From an uncultured delta proteobacterium (GTDB taxonomy: Bacteria > Myxococcota_A > Polyangia > Polyangiales > Polyangiaceae), in NCBI GenBank assembly GCA_963782055.1, contig CAWAIF010000003.1:6080001-6144000 (forward strand): DNA of 64,000 nt. The letters are read 5' to 3'. Every line of letters starts with the position of its first letter. Positions within the stretch are counted from its first letter, which is position 1. The position numbers and the translations under genes were made by a program. Below the pieces are notes generated by a model, which made no database searches, was not told the DNA's origin, and saw only the letters and a program-made list of their open reading frames with translations. Shown here piece after piece: positions 1-9,716 of the stretch.

Positions 1-2
1 GC

Positions 3-1949
3 GTGCGCGGCTTCTCACGCCCCGGGGACTACGGCAACCGCATCCTGGTGCTCGTCGACGGCCACCCGGCGAACGACGACTACATCTGGTCGTCGTACGT
101 GGGCTACGACGGCCGCGTCGACATCGACGACGTGGAGCGCATCGAGGTGGTGCGCGGCCCGGGGTCGGTGCTCTACGGCACCAGCGCCTTCTTCGGCGTC
201 ATCAACCTGGTCACCCGCTCGCGCGACCAGCCGACGCACGTGGAGGCGAGCCTGTCGACCGCCGGCTACGGCGTCGGCCGCGCCAAGGCCACGGGCTACT
301 GGCGCATCAGCAAGGACGCCGGCGTCTGGACGTCGGTCTCCGGCGCGCACGCCCTCGGCCGCGACTACTACTTCGAGGAGCTGCGCGACAATCCGCGCGG
401 CACCCCCGACCCGAGCGACCCCACGCAGACCATCCCCCCGCGCACCGACTACTACGGCAAGCCCTACGACGGCTGGGCGCGCGGCGTCGACGGCTTCGAC
501 GCCGGGATGATCAACGGACGCTTCTGGTGGAAGTCGCTGACGGTGCAGTGGTTCATCAACACCCGCAAGAAGACCCTGCCCTCGACGGAGTACGAGACCG
601 TCCTGAACGACCCGCGCGACCAGTTCACCGACACGCGCGGCTTCGTCGAGGCGCGCTTCGAGCCGCGCCTGTCCAGGACGGTGCAGCTCTTCGCGCGCGC
701 GCACCTGGACATGTACGACTTCAACGACTACCTCGGCTACCCGAGCTGGCAGCAGGACCCGACGAGCCGCGGCTCCAGCCGCGACACCTACCGCGGCCGG
801 TGGGGCGGCCTGGAGGCGCGGGTGCAGCTCACCCCGGTGAAGCAGCTCCGGCTGATGGCGGGCGGCGCCTTCATCCAGCACTTCGAGACCTTCCAGCGCG
901 GCGTGGACGACATCGGCCCCTACGTCTTCGACGACGCGCGCAACCCCTCGCGCAACGACCCGTTCTACGTCGCCGCCGGGTACGTCAACGCCGACATCAC
1001 GCCGGTCAAGGCGCTCAAGATCACCGCCGGCGCGCGCCTGGACTATTACGAGTCGGTCCACAACTTCCAGTTCCTCGACGCCTTCAACCCCCGCCTCGCC
1101 TTCGTGATCAAGCCGTACCCGCGCGGGACGGTGAAGATCCTGGCGGGTAAGGCCTTCCGCGCCCCCAGCGTCTACGAGCTCTACTACACCGCCGACACGC
1201 AGATCGGGGCGCCGAACCTGACGCCGGAGCAGGTCTACTCCGGCGAGGTGGAGCTCTCGCACCGCTTCACCAGCACGCTGGTGGGCACGGTGGCGGGCTA
1301 CGTCAACGGCGTGACCAACCTGATCGAGCTGGTGGACGTGGTCGACCCGCGCGACGGCGCGACGAAGAATCAGTACCGCAACTCCCCCTTCCCCGTGCTC
1401 GTCGGCGGCGCGGAGGTGGAGGTCCGCCGGGAGTGGCGGGGCGGATGGATGCTCTCCGTCACCGGCAGCGTGCAGAAGGCGCAGTATCTGAACCGCGAGG
1501 AGACGCTCGCCGGGGTGACGGGCGCCGACTGCGCGGCGATCGCCGGGACGGAGACGGCGGGCGGGTGCCGGGCCACGGCGGTCCGCGACGTCCCCAACTC
1601 GCCGCTGCTGCTCGGAGCCATCAAGGGCGCCGTGCCCATCCTGGGGCGCACGCTGATGCTCATGTCGCGCCTCACCTTCGAGGGCGCCCGCGAGGACAAC
1701 AGCTTCGCGGCCTACGACCGCAGCACCTCACCGCCGGAGCCGCTACCCGCGCAGGGCTCCACCAACCCCGGGCTGGTCTGGGACCTGGTCTTCTCCGGGG
1801 AGGCGGAGCGCCTGGGCGTCCGCTGGGCGGTGGGCGCCTACAACCTGATGGACTGGAAGTACGAGGCCGTCCCCAGCAGCGAGTTCACCCAGCGGACCAT
1901 CGTGCAGAACGGGCGGACCTTCCTGGCGTCGGTCACCGCCTCCTTTTGA
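3..1949 (+). CDS. TonB-dependent receptor (5'-partial)
   Basis: Plug motifs RILVLVDG and IEVVRGPGSVLYG..GVINLVT; barrel motifs GKAFRAPSVYELY and NLMD; C-terminal Phe. Confidence 0.92.
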   Translation: MRGFSRPGDYGNRILVLVDGHPANDDYIWSSYVGYDGRVDIDDVERIEVVRGPGSVLYGTSAFFGVINLVTRSRDQPTHVEASLSTAGYGVGRAKATGYWRISKDAGVWTSVSGAHALGRDYYFEELRDNPRGTPDPSDPTQTIPPRTDYYGKPYDGWARGVDGFDAGMINGRFWWKSLTVQWFINTRKKTLPSTEYETVLNDPRDQFTDTRGFVEARFEPRLSRTVQLFARAHLDMYDFNDYLGYPSWQQDPTSRGSSRDTYRGRWGGLEARVQLTPVKQLRLMAGGAFIQHFETFQRGVDDIGPYVFDDARNPSRNDPFYVAAGYVNADITPVKALKITAGARLDYYESVHNFQFLDAFNPRLAFVIKPYPRGTVKILAGKAFRAPSVYELYYTADTQIGAPNLTPEQVYSGEVELSHRFTSTLVGTVAGYVNGVTNLIELVDVVDPRDGATKNQYRNSPFPVLVGGAEVEVRREWRGGWMLSVTGSVQKAQYLNREETLAGVTGADCAAIAGTETAGGCRATAVRDVPNSPLLLGAIKGAVPILGRTLMLMSRLTFEGAREDNSFAAYDRSTSPPEPLPAQGSTNPGLVWDLVFSGEAERLGVRWAVGAYNLMDWKYEAVPSSEFTQRTIVQNGRTFLASVTASF

Positions 1950-1993
1950 CGCGCTGCGTGTAAGGCGGGCGGGCGCGGGCGCGTTGGAGGGGC

Positions 1994-2725
1994 ATGCGCC
2001 ACCTTCTCCTTCCCCTTCTCTTCGCCGCTTCCATCGGGTGCGGCACCTCCGTCTACATGCCCAGCCAGGTCGCCCACTTCGATCCGGACGGGCCGGCCAC
2101 CGAGATCGACGACCAGGACGTCGCCAAGGCCTTCGCGGCGCGGCCGCAGCTCGGCGACAGGCTGAACGTCGCCTACTTCAGCTTCGACGCGAGCAAGAAC
2201 GCCGACGTCGAGCGCGTGCTGCACGCCATCCCGGGCGTGGGCAGCGTCTACTCCATCCCCGCGCTCGCCGTGACGGGCGCCAGGCGCTTCGACGCGCCCG
2301 CGCCGGAGTGGCAGGCCCCGCCCGCGCGCCCCTTCAGCATGAAGAAGCTCCGGCTTCTGGCGGCGCGCGCGCACTGCGACGTGGTGGTGGTGGTGGACTA
2401 CGGCTACCGCACCGACGTCTCGGCCAACGGGCTCGCCGCCTTCGACGCCCTGCTCGTCCCGGCGCTCTTCCTCCCCTTCCGCGACGTGAAGGTCCAGAGC
2501 TACGTCGACGCCTTCCTGGTCGACACCCGCAACGGCTACCTGTACGGCGAGACGACGAGCAACCACCAGGACGAGAAGAAGTTCCAGACCCTCTACGCCG
2601 ACGACTCCGGCGTCGTCGCCGCGCAGTGGGACACGCTGAAGACGGAGCTCCAGGACTCGCTGGTGAAGGTGGTGGAGGCCGAGCGCTCGAGGGCGAAGGT
2701 CGTCGCCCCCGACGCCGCGAAGTGA
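1994..2725 (+). CDS. Hypothetical lipoprotein
   Basis: Lipobox ASIGC; loose resemblance to rhombotarget-type lipoproteins (LRLLAARAH.DVVVV, VDTRNGYLY). Confidence 0.7.
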   Translation: MRHLLLPLLFAASIGCGTSVYMPSQVAHFDPDGPATEIDDQDVAKAFAARPQLGDRLNVAYFSFDASKNADVERVLHAIPGVGSVYSIPALAVTGARRFDAPAPEWQAPPARPFSMKKLRLLAARAHCDVVVVVDYGYRTDVSANGLAAFDALLVPALFLPFRDVKVQSYVDAFLVDTRNGYLYGETTSNHQDEKKFQTLYADDSGVVAAQWDTLKTELQDSLVKVVEAERSRAKVVAPDAAK

Positions 2726-2771
2726 CCGGTGCTTCCCGCGGCCACCGGCGGCGGGTACCCTCGGCGGCGCG

Positions 2772-3815
2772 ATGCCCGACCTCGACGATGGCCACACGAC
2801 GCAGGTGAAGGGCTCCGGCTCCGCGGTCTACACGCTGAAGAACAGCGGCGGCGTGTACTCGTGCACCTGCCCGGCGTGGATGCACCAGTCGGTCACCATC
2901 GAGCGTCGCACCTGCAAGCACCTGCGCGCCTTCCGCGGGGAGGAAGCGGAGAAGGCGCGCGTCGGCGCCCTTCCGGAGAAGAAGGCGAGGCCCGCCCGCG
3001 CCGGCGAGGCCGGAGATGCGGGGGCCGAGCCGCCGCTCCTGCTCGCGCACAAGTGGGCGATGGACATCGAGCTCGAGGGCTGGTGGATGAGCGAGAAGCT
3101 GGACGGCGTGCGGGCCTTCTGGGACGGCAAGCAGTTCGTCTCCCGGCTGGGCAACGTCTTCTTCGCGCCGGACTGGTTCGTCGGGGACCTGCCCGCCACG
3201 CCGCTCGACGGCGAGCTGTGGGGCGGCCGCAAGACCTTCCAGCGCACCGTCGGGATCGTGAAGCGGCAGGACAGGCCCCCGCAGTGGAAGGACCTCCGCT
3301 ACGTCGTCTTCGACGCGCCGGAGCACGGCGGCGAGTTCGAGGAGCGCCTCGCGCGGGTGAAGGAGCTGCTGGAGGGCAAGGCCGCGTACGCGAACGTCCA
3401 CCCCCACGAGGTGTGCCGCGGGGTGGACCACCTCAAGGAAGAGCTCGCGCGGGTGGAGGCGCTCGGGGGCGAGGGGCTGATGCTGCGCAAGCCGCGCAGC
3501 AAGTACGAGGCGGGGCGCAGCCACACCCTGCTGAAGGTCAAGACGTTCCACGACGCGGAGGCGCGCGTGGTCGAGCACGTCGCCGGGAGGGGACGCCACA
3601 AGGGCCGGCTGGGCGCGCTGCTCGTGGAGCTGGAGGACGGCACGCGCTTCAACGTGGGCACCGGGTTCTCCGACAGGGAGCGCGAGCACCCTCCGGCGGT
3701 CGGCGCCATCATCACCTTCCGCTACCAGGAGCTGTCGGAGGGCGGCGTACCGCGCTTCCCCACCTACGTCGGCGAGCGCGTCGACGCGAAGTTCGTCTCG
3801 AAGGCGAGGGGCTAG
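2772..3815 (+). CDS. ATP-dependent DNA ligase with N-terminal SWIM zinc finger
   Basis: SCTCP..CKH; adenylation motif SEKLDGVRA; EGLMLR; LLKVK; OB domain GTGFSD..PRFP. Confidence 0.92.
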   Translation: MPDLDDGHTTQVKGSGSAVYTLKNSGGVYSCTCPAWMHQSVTIERRTCKHLRAFRGEEAEKARVGALPEKKARPARAGEAGDAGAEPPLLLAHKWAMDIELEGWWMSEKLDGVRAFWDGKQFVSRLGNVFFAPDWFVGDLPATPLDGELWGGRKTFQRTVGIVKRQDRPPQWKDLRYVVFDAPEHGGEFEERLARVKELLEGKAAYANVHPHEVCRGVDHLKEELARVEALGGEGLMLRKPRSKYEAGRSHTLLKVKTFHDAEARVVEHVAGRGRHKGRLGALLVELEDGTRFNVGTGFSDREREHPPAVGAIITFRYQELSEGGVPRFPTYVGERVDAKFVSKARG

Positions 3816-3819
3816 CGCT

Positions 3820-4977
3820 TCACTTGCAGACGACGGTGATCGTCTGGGTGCCGTTGTTGCCCAACTGGCACGTCGGGCCGTTGATGCCGCCCCAGTCGCC
3901 GTTGGTGTTGATGCACGGCCGCACGTTGTAGGTGCCGTTGCAGCTGCACGTGGTGGCGTCGGCGGAGAGCTCCCACGTCATGCCGGAGCAGAAGTCGACG
4001 TTCCACGTGTAGCCGCCGCAGCTCAGGCCGGCGACGGTGGTGCCGTTGTGCAGCGCCTGGCAGAGGGTGTTCGCCCCGGCGCCGGTGCAGGTGCGGCCGG
4101 TCTGGTCATTCGACCCGCTCAGGGTGATGGAGGTGTACGTGCCGGTGAGCTTGGTGCGGAAGGCGTTCCAGTCGATGCACTGCTGCGTCGCCACCTGGCC
4201 CTGCGTGAAGGTGTCGGTGAAGGTGGTCGCGGCGGTGCACTGCCCCGCGCTGCAGACGGGCGTGTTGCCGTTGCACGTGACCCCGCAGCCGCCGCAGTTG
4301 TTGGTGTCGCTCTGCACGTCCACGCACGCGCCGTTGCACACCTCCTGGCCGACGGCGCAGCAGTGGCCCTGATCGCACCACTCGGTGTCCGCGGCGCACG
4401 CGGTGTTGCAGTCGCCGCAGTGGTCGTGGAAGTTCTGTGTGTCGTAGCAGATGCCGTCGGCGCACTCGGTCATGCCCTGCGGGCAGGTGACGCCGCACGC
4501 GCTGTTGGCGCACGAGGCGGTGCCCAGCGACCAGCCGGTGCCGCCGTCGTAGCCGCCGTCGAAGAAGACGCCGGAGTCGGGGTTGCCGTTGCCGGGAGGC
4601 AGGGCCCCCGCATCCGCCGTGCTGCAGGCGGTGGTGCACTGCCCGCAGTGCGCGGGGTCCTTGGTGAGGTCCGCGCACGTGCCCGCGTCGTCGTTCTGGC
4701 ACTTGACGAGGGGCGGGTCGCACTGCGCCTTGCACTGCCCGTTGGAGCAGACCTCCGCCGGCTGGCACGCGTGGGTGCAGCTCCCGCAGTGCTGCGGATC
4801 CTTGGTGAGGTCGTACTGCGGGCAGGCGCTCGCGTCCCCGATGGGATTGCTCCCGTCGGGCAGGCTCCCGTCCGCGCCGGCGTCCGCGTCCGGCTGGATG
4901 ACCAGCCCGTTGGCGCACGCCGCGAGCGCCGCCGCCGTCACCACCACTGCCCCGGCCCAGAGTGCTCCCCGCTTCAC
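3820..4977 (-). CDS. Cys-rich repeat lipoprotein (D..D..HCG.C..AC repeats)
   Basis: GTG start at 4977 gives lipobox LAAC; four repeats such as DPQHCGSC, DPAHCGQC, DTNNCGGC. Confidence 0.8.
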   Translation of the reverse strand: MKRGALWAGAVVVTAAALAACANGLVIQPDADAGADGSLPDGSNPIGDASACPQYDLTKDPQHCGSCTHACQPAEVCSNGQCKAQCDPPLVKCQNDDAGTCADLTKDPAHCGQCTTACSTADAGALPPGNGNPDSGVFFDGGYDGGTGWSLGTASCANSACGVTCPQGMTECADGICYDTQNFHDHCGDCNTACAADTEWCDQGHCCAVGQEVCNGACVDVQSDTNNCGGCGVTCNGNTPVCSAGQCTAATTFTDTFTQGQVATQQCIDWNAFRTKLTGTYTSITLSGSNDQTGRTCTGAGANTLCQALHNGTTVAGLSCGGYTWNVDFCSGMTWELSADATTCSCNGTYNVRPCINTNGDWGGINGPTCQLGNNGTQTITVVCK

Positions 4978-5003
4978 GGGACCAACGTAGCAGATGTGCC
5001 CCG

Positions 5004-5786
5004 CTACCGCCCCTTGAACGCCGGCTTGCGCTTCTCCGCGAAGGCGCGCAGCGCCTCGGTGCGGTCCTCGCTCACCAGGGTCCTGTCGTAGCTCACCTTC
5101 TCCAGCTCCAGGCCCAGCTCCAGCGTCGTGTCCAGCGCGCGGTCGATGGCCTCCAGCGCCGCCGCCTGCGCGATGGGCGCCCCGTTCGCGATGGGGGCGA
5201 TCCACTCCACGGCGTCGTCCACCACGCTCTTGCCGGCGGGCGTCACGCGGTTGAGCAGCCCCCAGGCGAGCGCCTCCTCGGCCGAGAGCACGCGCGCGAG
5301 GAGGATCATCTCCTTCGCCCGCGCCTCCCCCACCACGCGCGGGAGGCGCTGCGTGCCGCCGGCCCCGGGGATGATGCCGAGCGAGGTCTCCGGGAGCGCG
5401 AGCCGCGCGTGCGCGGCGCCCACGCGCAGGTCGCACAGCAGCGCGAGCTCCAGCCCGCCGCCGTACGCGACGCCGTTGATGGCCGCGATCACCGGCTTGG
5501 GCGAGCGGTCGAGCGGGCCCAGCTCGGAGCGATACAGCTGCACCTGGGTACGCACGTCGTTCTCGCTCATCCCCTGGCGCTCCTTCAGGTCGGCGCCGGC
5601 GCAGAACGCCTTCTCGCCCGCGCCGGTGACGACGATGGCGCGGACGGAGGGGTTTTCCACCGCCTCGCGCGTGAGGCGGCCGAAGGCGAGCAGGGTGTCG
5701 CGGGAGAGGGAGTTGCTGCGGTCCTGGCGGTCGATGGTCCACACCGCCACGGCGCCGCGCTGCTCGACGCGGATGGGGTCGGTCAT
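5004..5786 (-). CDS. Enoyl-CoA hydratase/crotonase family protein
   Basis: AFCAGADLKE, NGVAYGGGLELAL, PETSLGIIPGAGGTQRLPR. Confidence 0.93.
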   Translation of the reverse strand: MTDPIRVEQRGAVAVWTIDRQDRSNSLSRDTLLAFGRLTREAVENPSVRAIVVTGAGEKAFCAGADLKERQGMSENDVRTQVQLYRSELGPLDRSPKPVIAAINGVAYGGGLELALLCDLRVGAAHARLALPETSLGIIPGAGGTQRLPRVVGEARAKEMILLARVLSAEEALAWGLLNRVTPAGKSVVDDAVEWIAPIANGAPIAQAAALEAIDRALDTTLELGLELEKVSYDRTLVSEDRTEALRAFAEKRKPAFKGR

Positions 5787-5793
5787 GCCTTGC

Positions 5794-8373
5794 CTACTTC
5801 TTCCCCTTGCTCTTCGGTGCGCCCCTGGCGGGCTGCTCCTCCGGCGCGACCCGCGCCTCCAGCTTCGCCAGCCGCGCCTTCAGCTCGGCGTGCTCGTTCT
5901 GCAGCTTGTCGAAGTCCTCCCGGAGCTGCTCGGCGGCGCGCTTGCCCTCCCCGCCAATCTCTCGCAGCACCTCGCGGATGCGCCGGCGCACGCGAGGGTC
6001 CAGGTCCACCGCGAGCCGCGCGCGGAGCGCGGGCCGAGACTTGGCGTCGCCCAGCTCCCCGATGGCGCGCGCCACGTCGACGCGCAGGTACGGGTCTGGG
6101 TCCTCCAGCAGCTCCTCCAGCGCCTCGCGACCGCGCCGGTCCGCGGCGATCTTGGGGATGGCCATGATGGCGGCGCGCCGCGCGCGCGTGGGGTGGCCGT
6201 AGCGCGTGCGCGTGAGCACGTGCGGCACGGCGCGGTCGTCCCGCAGGGCGGCCATGCCGTCCAGCGCGCCGGCGGAGATGACGTCCGCCCAGGCGCGGCG
6301 GTCCACCACGTCCACCAGGACCTCCAGCACCGAGCCCTGCTTGGTCTTGCCGAGCGAGCGCGCGGCCTCCGACTCGACGAGGTAGCTCGCGTCGCGCAGG
6401 GCGAGCGGCTTGATCGCCTCCGCGGCCGCGGCCGTCTTGAACTGGCCGAGCGCCGCCACGACCGCGCGACGCACCTTCGGGTGCTTGACGCCCGTCATCG
6501 CGGCGAGCGCGTCGAAGCACTCGCGCGCGCGGATCTTCCCGAGCGCCTCCGCGGCGTCCGCGCGGACACCCCAGAACTCGCGGTCGTCCTTGAGACACGC
6601 GGAGAGTGCCTCGATGGTCACCGGGTCGTCGCTGCGGGAGAGCGCGCGCGCGGCGAGCCATCGGCCGCGGCCGGACTTGGCCATGCGGAGCTGCGCGCGC
6701 AGCATGTCGAGCGGCGCGTTGACCGTCACGCTGCCAAGGATGGCCAGCTCCGGGTCCACCACCACGAAGGCCGGCCTCTCCGCGCACGGCAGGGCGAAGC
6801 TCTCCACCTTCTGCGTGACCCCGACGCGGCGGCGCTCGACGGTCCCGTCGCCCACCACCACGTCCAGCACGAGCGAGAGCGCGAAGGCGGCGGGGACGCC
6901 GTCGCTGGTCGACTGGTGCTGCTTGACCTCCACCACCAGCAGGCCCTTGTCCCAGGAGAGGTTGACGTCCACCTCCGGGTGACCGGGCTTGTGCACCCAC
7001 TGCTCGAAGAAGCGACCGAGGCTCCGCCCGCTGACCTCTTCCAGCGCGCGCATGAGATCGCGCGTCTCCACCAGGCCCCGCGCGTGGCGCGTGAGGTAGA
7101 CGTTGATGCCCTTCCAGAAGACGTCGTGCCCCAGCTCGGCGCGGAGCATGTGGAGGGTGACGCCGCCCTTCTCGTAGAGGTGGCGATCGAAGAGGTCCAG
7201 CGGGGCGTCGTAATCCTGGCAGACGATGGCCCGGCGGTAGCGGCCCGTCGCCTCGCCCACGTACAGCTCCAGGTCGCCCTTCAGGCCGTAGTCGTACTCG
7301 TCCTTGCCGAGGTGCTTCTCCCGCCAGACGTGCTCCATGAAGGTGGCGAAGCCCTCGTTCAGCCAGCCCTCCGACCAGTCGCGGCAGGTCACGTAGTCGC
7401 CGAACCACTGGTGGGCGAGCTCGTGGGAGATGAGGTCGTCGCTGGTGATGTCCAGCGTCGCGCGCTTGTCGAGCAGGGTGTGCTCGTAGAGGGTGGTGGC
7501 GGTGGTGTTCTCCATCCCACCGAAGATGAAGTCGCTGACGACGACCTGGGCGTACTTGTTCCACGGGTACGGCACGCCGAAGAGCTCGCCGAAGTAGCTC
7601 ACCATCGCGGGGGTGTTGGCGAAGGTGCGCTCGACGTCGCCGGAGCGGCCCTTCGGCACCCAGTAGGAGAGCGGCACCTTGCCGGCCTTCCCCTCGCGGA
7701 CCTCGAACTCGCCGGCGACCAGCGTGAGCAGGTAGCTGGAGTGGGGCTCCACCATCTTCCAGTGGAAGACCCAGGGGCCCTCCTTCGGCGTGTGCTTGGA
7801 GACCAGCTCGCCGTTGCCGAGGACGCTCCAGCCGTGCGGGGCGTGGACCGTCATCTCGGTCTTCATCTTCACGTGCGGCTTGTCGTGGCACGGCAAGAAG
7901 TGACGCGCGTCCTCCTCCTGGCACTGGCTCCACACCTGGTACGGCCGGTCCGGCATGTGCTCGTCGGGGGCGAGGAAGTACAGGCCGCGCCGCGGCGTCG
8001 CCCCGTAGACGATCTCGATCACCGCGTGCTCCGCCGCGCGCGGGATGGCGACGAAGAGCAGGCGGCCGTCGTAGCGGTGACGCGCCGCCTTGCCGTCGAC
8101 GCGCACGCTGGTGAGGCGGAAGCCCACCGCGTCCAGCTCGATGCCCTCGGCGTCGGCGGCGATGCGTCGCACCGTGAGCTTCGTCGTGGCGCGGAGGGAC
8201 CGGGTCGGCACCTCCAGCGTGACGTCGGCGGCGAGGTGCTCGATGGCGAAGGGCCGGTCCCGCTCGAAGTTGTGCGGCGTGCCGGAGAAGGCGAACGGGC
8301 GGCCGCCCCCATGCTCGCCCGAGGCGTGGGAGGCGCTGCACCCGCAGCGTTCGTGCAAGCGTTGATGAGCCAT
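5794..8373 (-). CDS. M1 family aminopeptidase with C-terminal HEAT repeats and coiled coil
   Basis: GGMEN, HELAHQWFG..WLNEGFA, YEKGG; HEAT-like repeats; start re-chosen at ATG 8373. Confidence 0.92.
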   Translation of the reverse strand: MAHQRLHERCGCSASHASGEHGGGRPFAFSGTPHNFERDRPFAIEHLAADVTLEVPTRSLRATTKLTVRRIAADAEGIELDAVGFRLTSVRVDGKAARHRYDGRLLFVAIPRAAEHAVIEIVYGATPRRGLYFLAPDEHMPDRPYQVWSQCQEEDARHFLPCHDKPHVKMKTEMTVHAPHGWSVLGNGELVSKHTPKEGPWVFHWKMVEPHSSYLLTLVAGEFEVREGKAGKVPLSYWVPKGRSGDVERTFANTPAMVSYFGELFGVPYPWNKYAQVVVSDFIFGGMENTTATTLYEHTLLDKRATLDITSDDLISHELAHQWFGDYVTCRDWSEGWLNEGFATFMEHVWREKHLGKDEYDYGLKGDLELYVGEATGRYRRAIVCQDYDAPLDLFDRHLYEKGGVTLHMLRAELGHDVFWKGINVYLTRHARGLVETRDLMRALEEVSGRSLGRFFEQWVHKPGHPEVDVNLSWDKGLLVVEVKQHQSTSDGVPAAFALSLVLDVVVGDGTVERRRVGVTQKVESFALPCAERPAFVVVDPELAILGSVTVNAPLDMLRAQLRMAKSGRGRWLAARALSRSDDPVTIEALSACLKDDREFWGVRADAAEALGKIRARECFDALAAMTGVKHPKVRRAVVAALGQFKTAAAAEAIKPLALRDASYLVESEAARSLGKTKQGSVLEVLVDVVDRRAWADVISAGALDGMAALRDDRAVPHVLTRTRYGHPTRARRAAIMAIPKIAADRRGREALEELLEDPDPYLRVDVARAIGELGDAKSRPALRARLAVDLDPRVRRRIREVLREIGGEGKRAAEQLREDFDKLQNEHAELKARLAKLEARVAPEEQPARGAPKSKGKK

Positions 8374-8476
8374 GGATCTGCGACTCTGGCACGACTCGAA
8401 GGGCATTTGGAGACGCTTGATGCGGCGTCTGTCATCCCACATCCACCTACCGGCTCCCCGCGCGGACGCGCGCGCG

Positions 8477-9085
8477 TCAAAGCAGGCGGTAGTGGCCGAG
8501 GCGCGTCCAGGCATCCAGGACGTCGTCCTCCGTCGGCGTGGGGCCCATGTTGTGGATGAGGAGTGGCACGCCGCGCGGCCCTTTCCTGTCGCTCACCACG
8601 CCGATGTGCTGCGGCGAGCAAGCCGGGCAGGCCGTGAAGGAGATGACGACGATGTCACCCGGGGCGTAGCCGGAGGCTGGCTCGATGGGCAGGCTGCGGG
8701 CGTGGCGCTTCAGGTACACCCAGAGCGGACCGACGCGGCGGTGGTCGATGTTGGCGTCGGGCTTCTTCACGTAGGCGGCATAGGCCTGCGGCGCGCGCAG
8801 CACGTCCTGGTGGACCAGCTTCTGAAGGTCAATCCCCGCGGCGCGGTACCCGCGGATGACGACGTCGGTGCAGACGCCGATGGAAGAGTCGACGTCTCCG
8901 CCGGGGTAGGAGATGGGGAACCAGCGGCCGTCGTAGGCGACCTGGCGTGTCACCTCCAGCCGCGCGCGAGACACGACCTGTTCCCTCTTGCTCTCCTGCT
9001 TCTGCGCGGCGGGGCCATCCGCACGAACCAGGAGCGGGGAGAGCAGGGCGAGCGCGCCCGCGACCAACAGAGCAGCCGTACGCAT
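8477..9085 (-). CDS. DUF1287 (YijF-like) exported protein
   Basis: Signal peptide; YPGGDV..GVCTDVVIR, DANIDHRRV, HIGVVS, IHNMG. Confidence 0.85.
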   Translation of the reverse strand: MRTAALLVAGALALLSPLLVRADGPAAQKQESKREQVVSRARLEVTRQVAYDGRWFPISYPGGDVDSSIGVCTDVVIRGYRAAGIDLQKLVHQDVLRAPQAYAAYVKKPDANIDHRRVGPLWVYLKRHARSLPIEPASGYAPGDIVVISFTACPACSPQHIGVVSDRKGPRGVPLLIHNMGPTPTEDDVLDAWTRLGHYRLL

Positions 9086-9205
9086 GGCGTCTCGTTGGAC
9101 ACGGGGCCACGGCAGGGCTTTGCCCTCTTCTCCCGCGGGGAAGAGGATCGCCGAAAGATCAGAAGATCAGGAAGATGGAGGGGTTGGCAGCCCCGGGGGC
9201 TGGGC

Positions 9206-9667
9206 TCACGTCTCGGTGGTGAGGAACTGAAAGAGCTCCTCGCGGGTCCAGCGCTCCTTGCCCTCGCGGCAGAAGCCATGAATCCAGGCCGCCGCACCCT
9301 CCCTGTCGGCGAAGACCTTGGTGGGCGTGCGCGGGCGGCCCACGAGCACCATCGTGCTCAGGAAGGCGCGCGTGGCCGCCCCGGCGAGCCCCTCCACCAG
9401 AACCAGATGTGCGGTGGCGAGGTTGAAGATGGACTCCGAGCGCGTCATGCGCGCCGTCTCCTCCCGAACCTCCTGACTGAAGGAGGGCTTGCCGGAGAGC
9501 ACCACGTTGAAGAGGGCGAGCTGGTCGTACGTCCGGCGGATCTCCTTGCCGGCCCGCGCGAACTCGCGAAGCTGAGGGACGGTGGGCGCGTCGTACCACG
9601 CGGCGAGTACGCAGTTGCGCTCCTGCGTCATGCGCAGGATGTGATCCTTGAACAGCTCCCGGGCCAT
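9206..9667 (-). CDS. Hypothetical protein (STAS/SEC14-like small protein)
   Basis: Plausible globular ORF; C-terminal PTKVF..REGAAAW pattern. Confidence 0.6.
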   Translation of the reverse strand: MARELFKDHILRMTQERNCVLAAWYDAPTVPQLREFARAGKEIRRTYDQLALFNVVLSGKPSFSQEVREETARMTRSESIFNLATAHLVLVEGLAGAATRAFLSTMVLVGRPRTPTKVFADREGAAAWIHGFCREGKERWTREELFQFLTTET

Positions 9668-9716
9668 CGACGGCCGAGGGTACCACAGCGCGCGAGGCGC
9701 TACGGCGCAGCGGGCG

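Noticed and set aside
2772..3815. DNA ligase as a marker of a phage or NHEJ locus
   Set aside because: No phage genes or Ku nearby, and codon style matches the host genes
5128..8559. Very long antisense or alternate-frame ORFs (also 21459-24140, 30063-32492, 33046-36219, 33573-36554, 53953-56574)
   Set aside because: Shadow ORFs expected at this GC content; Arg/Ala/Gly/Pro-rich, without motifs, and overlapping well-supported genes
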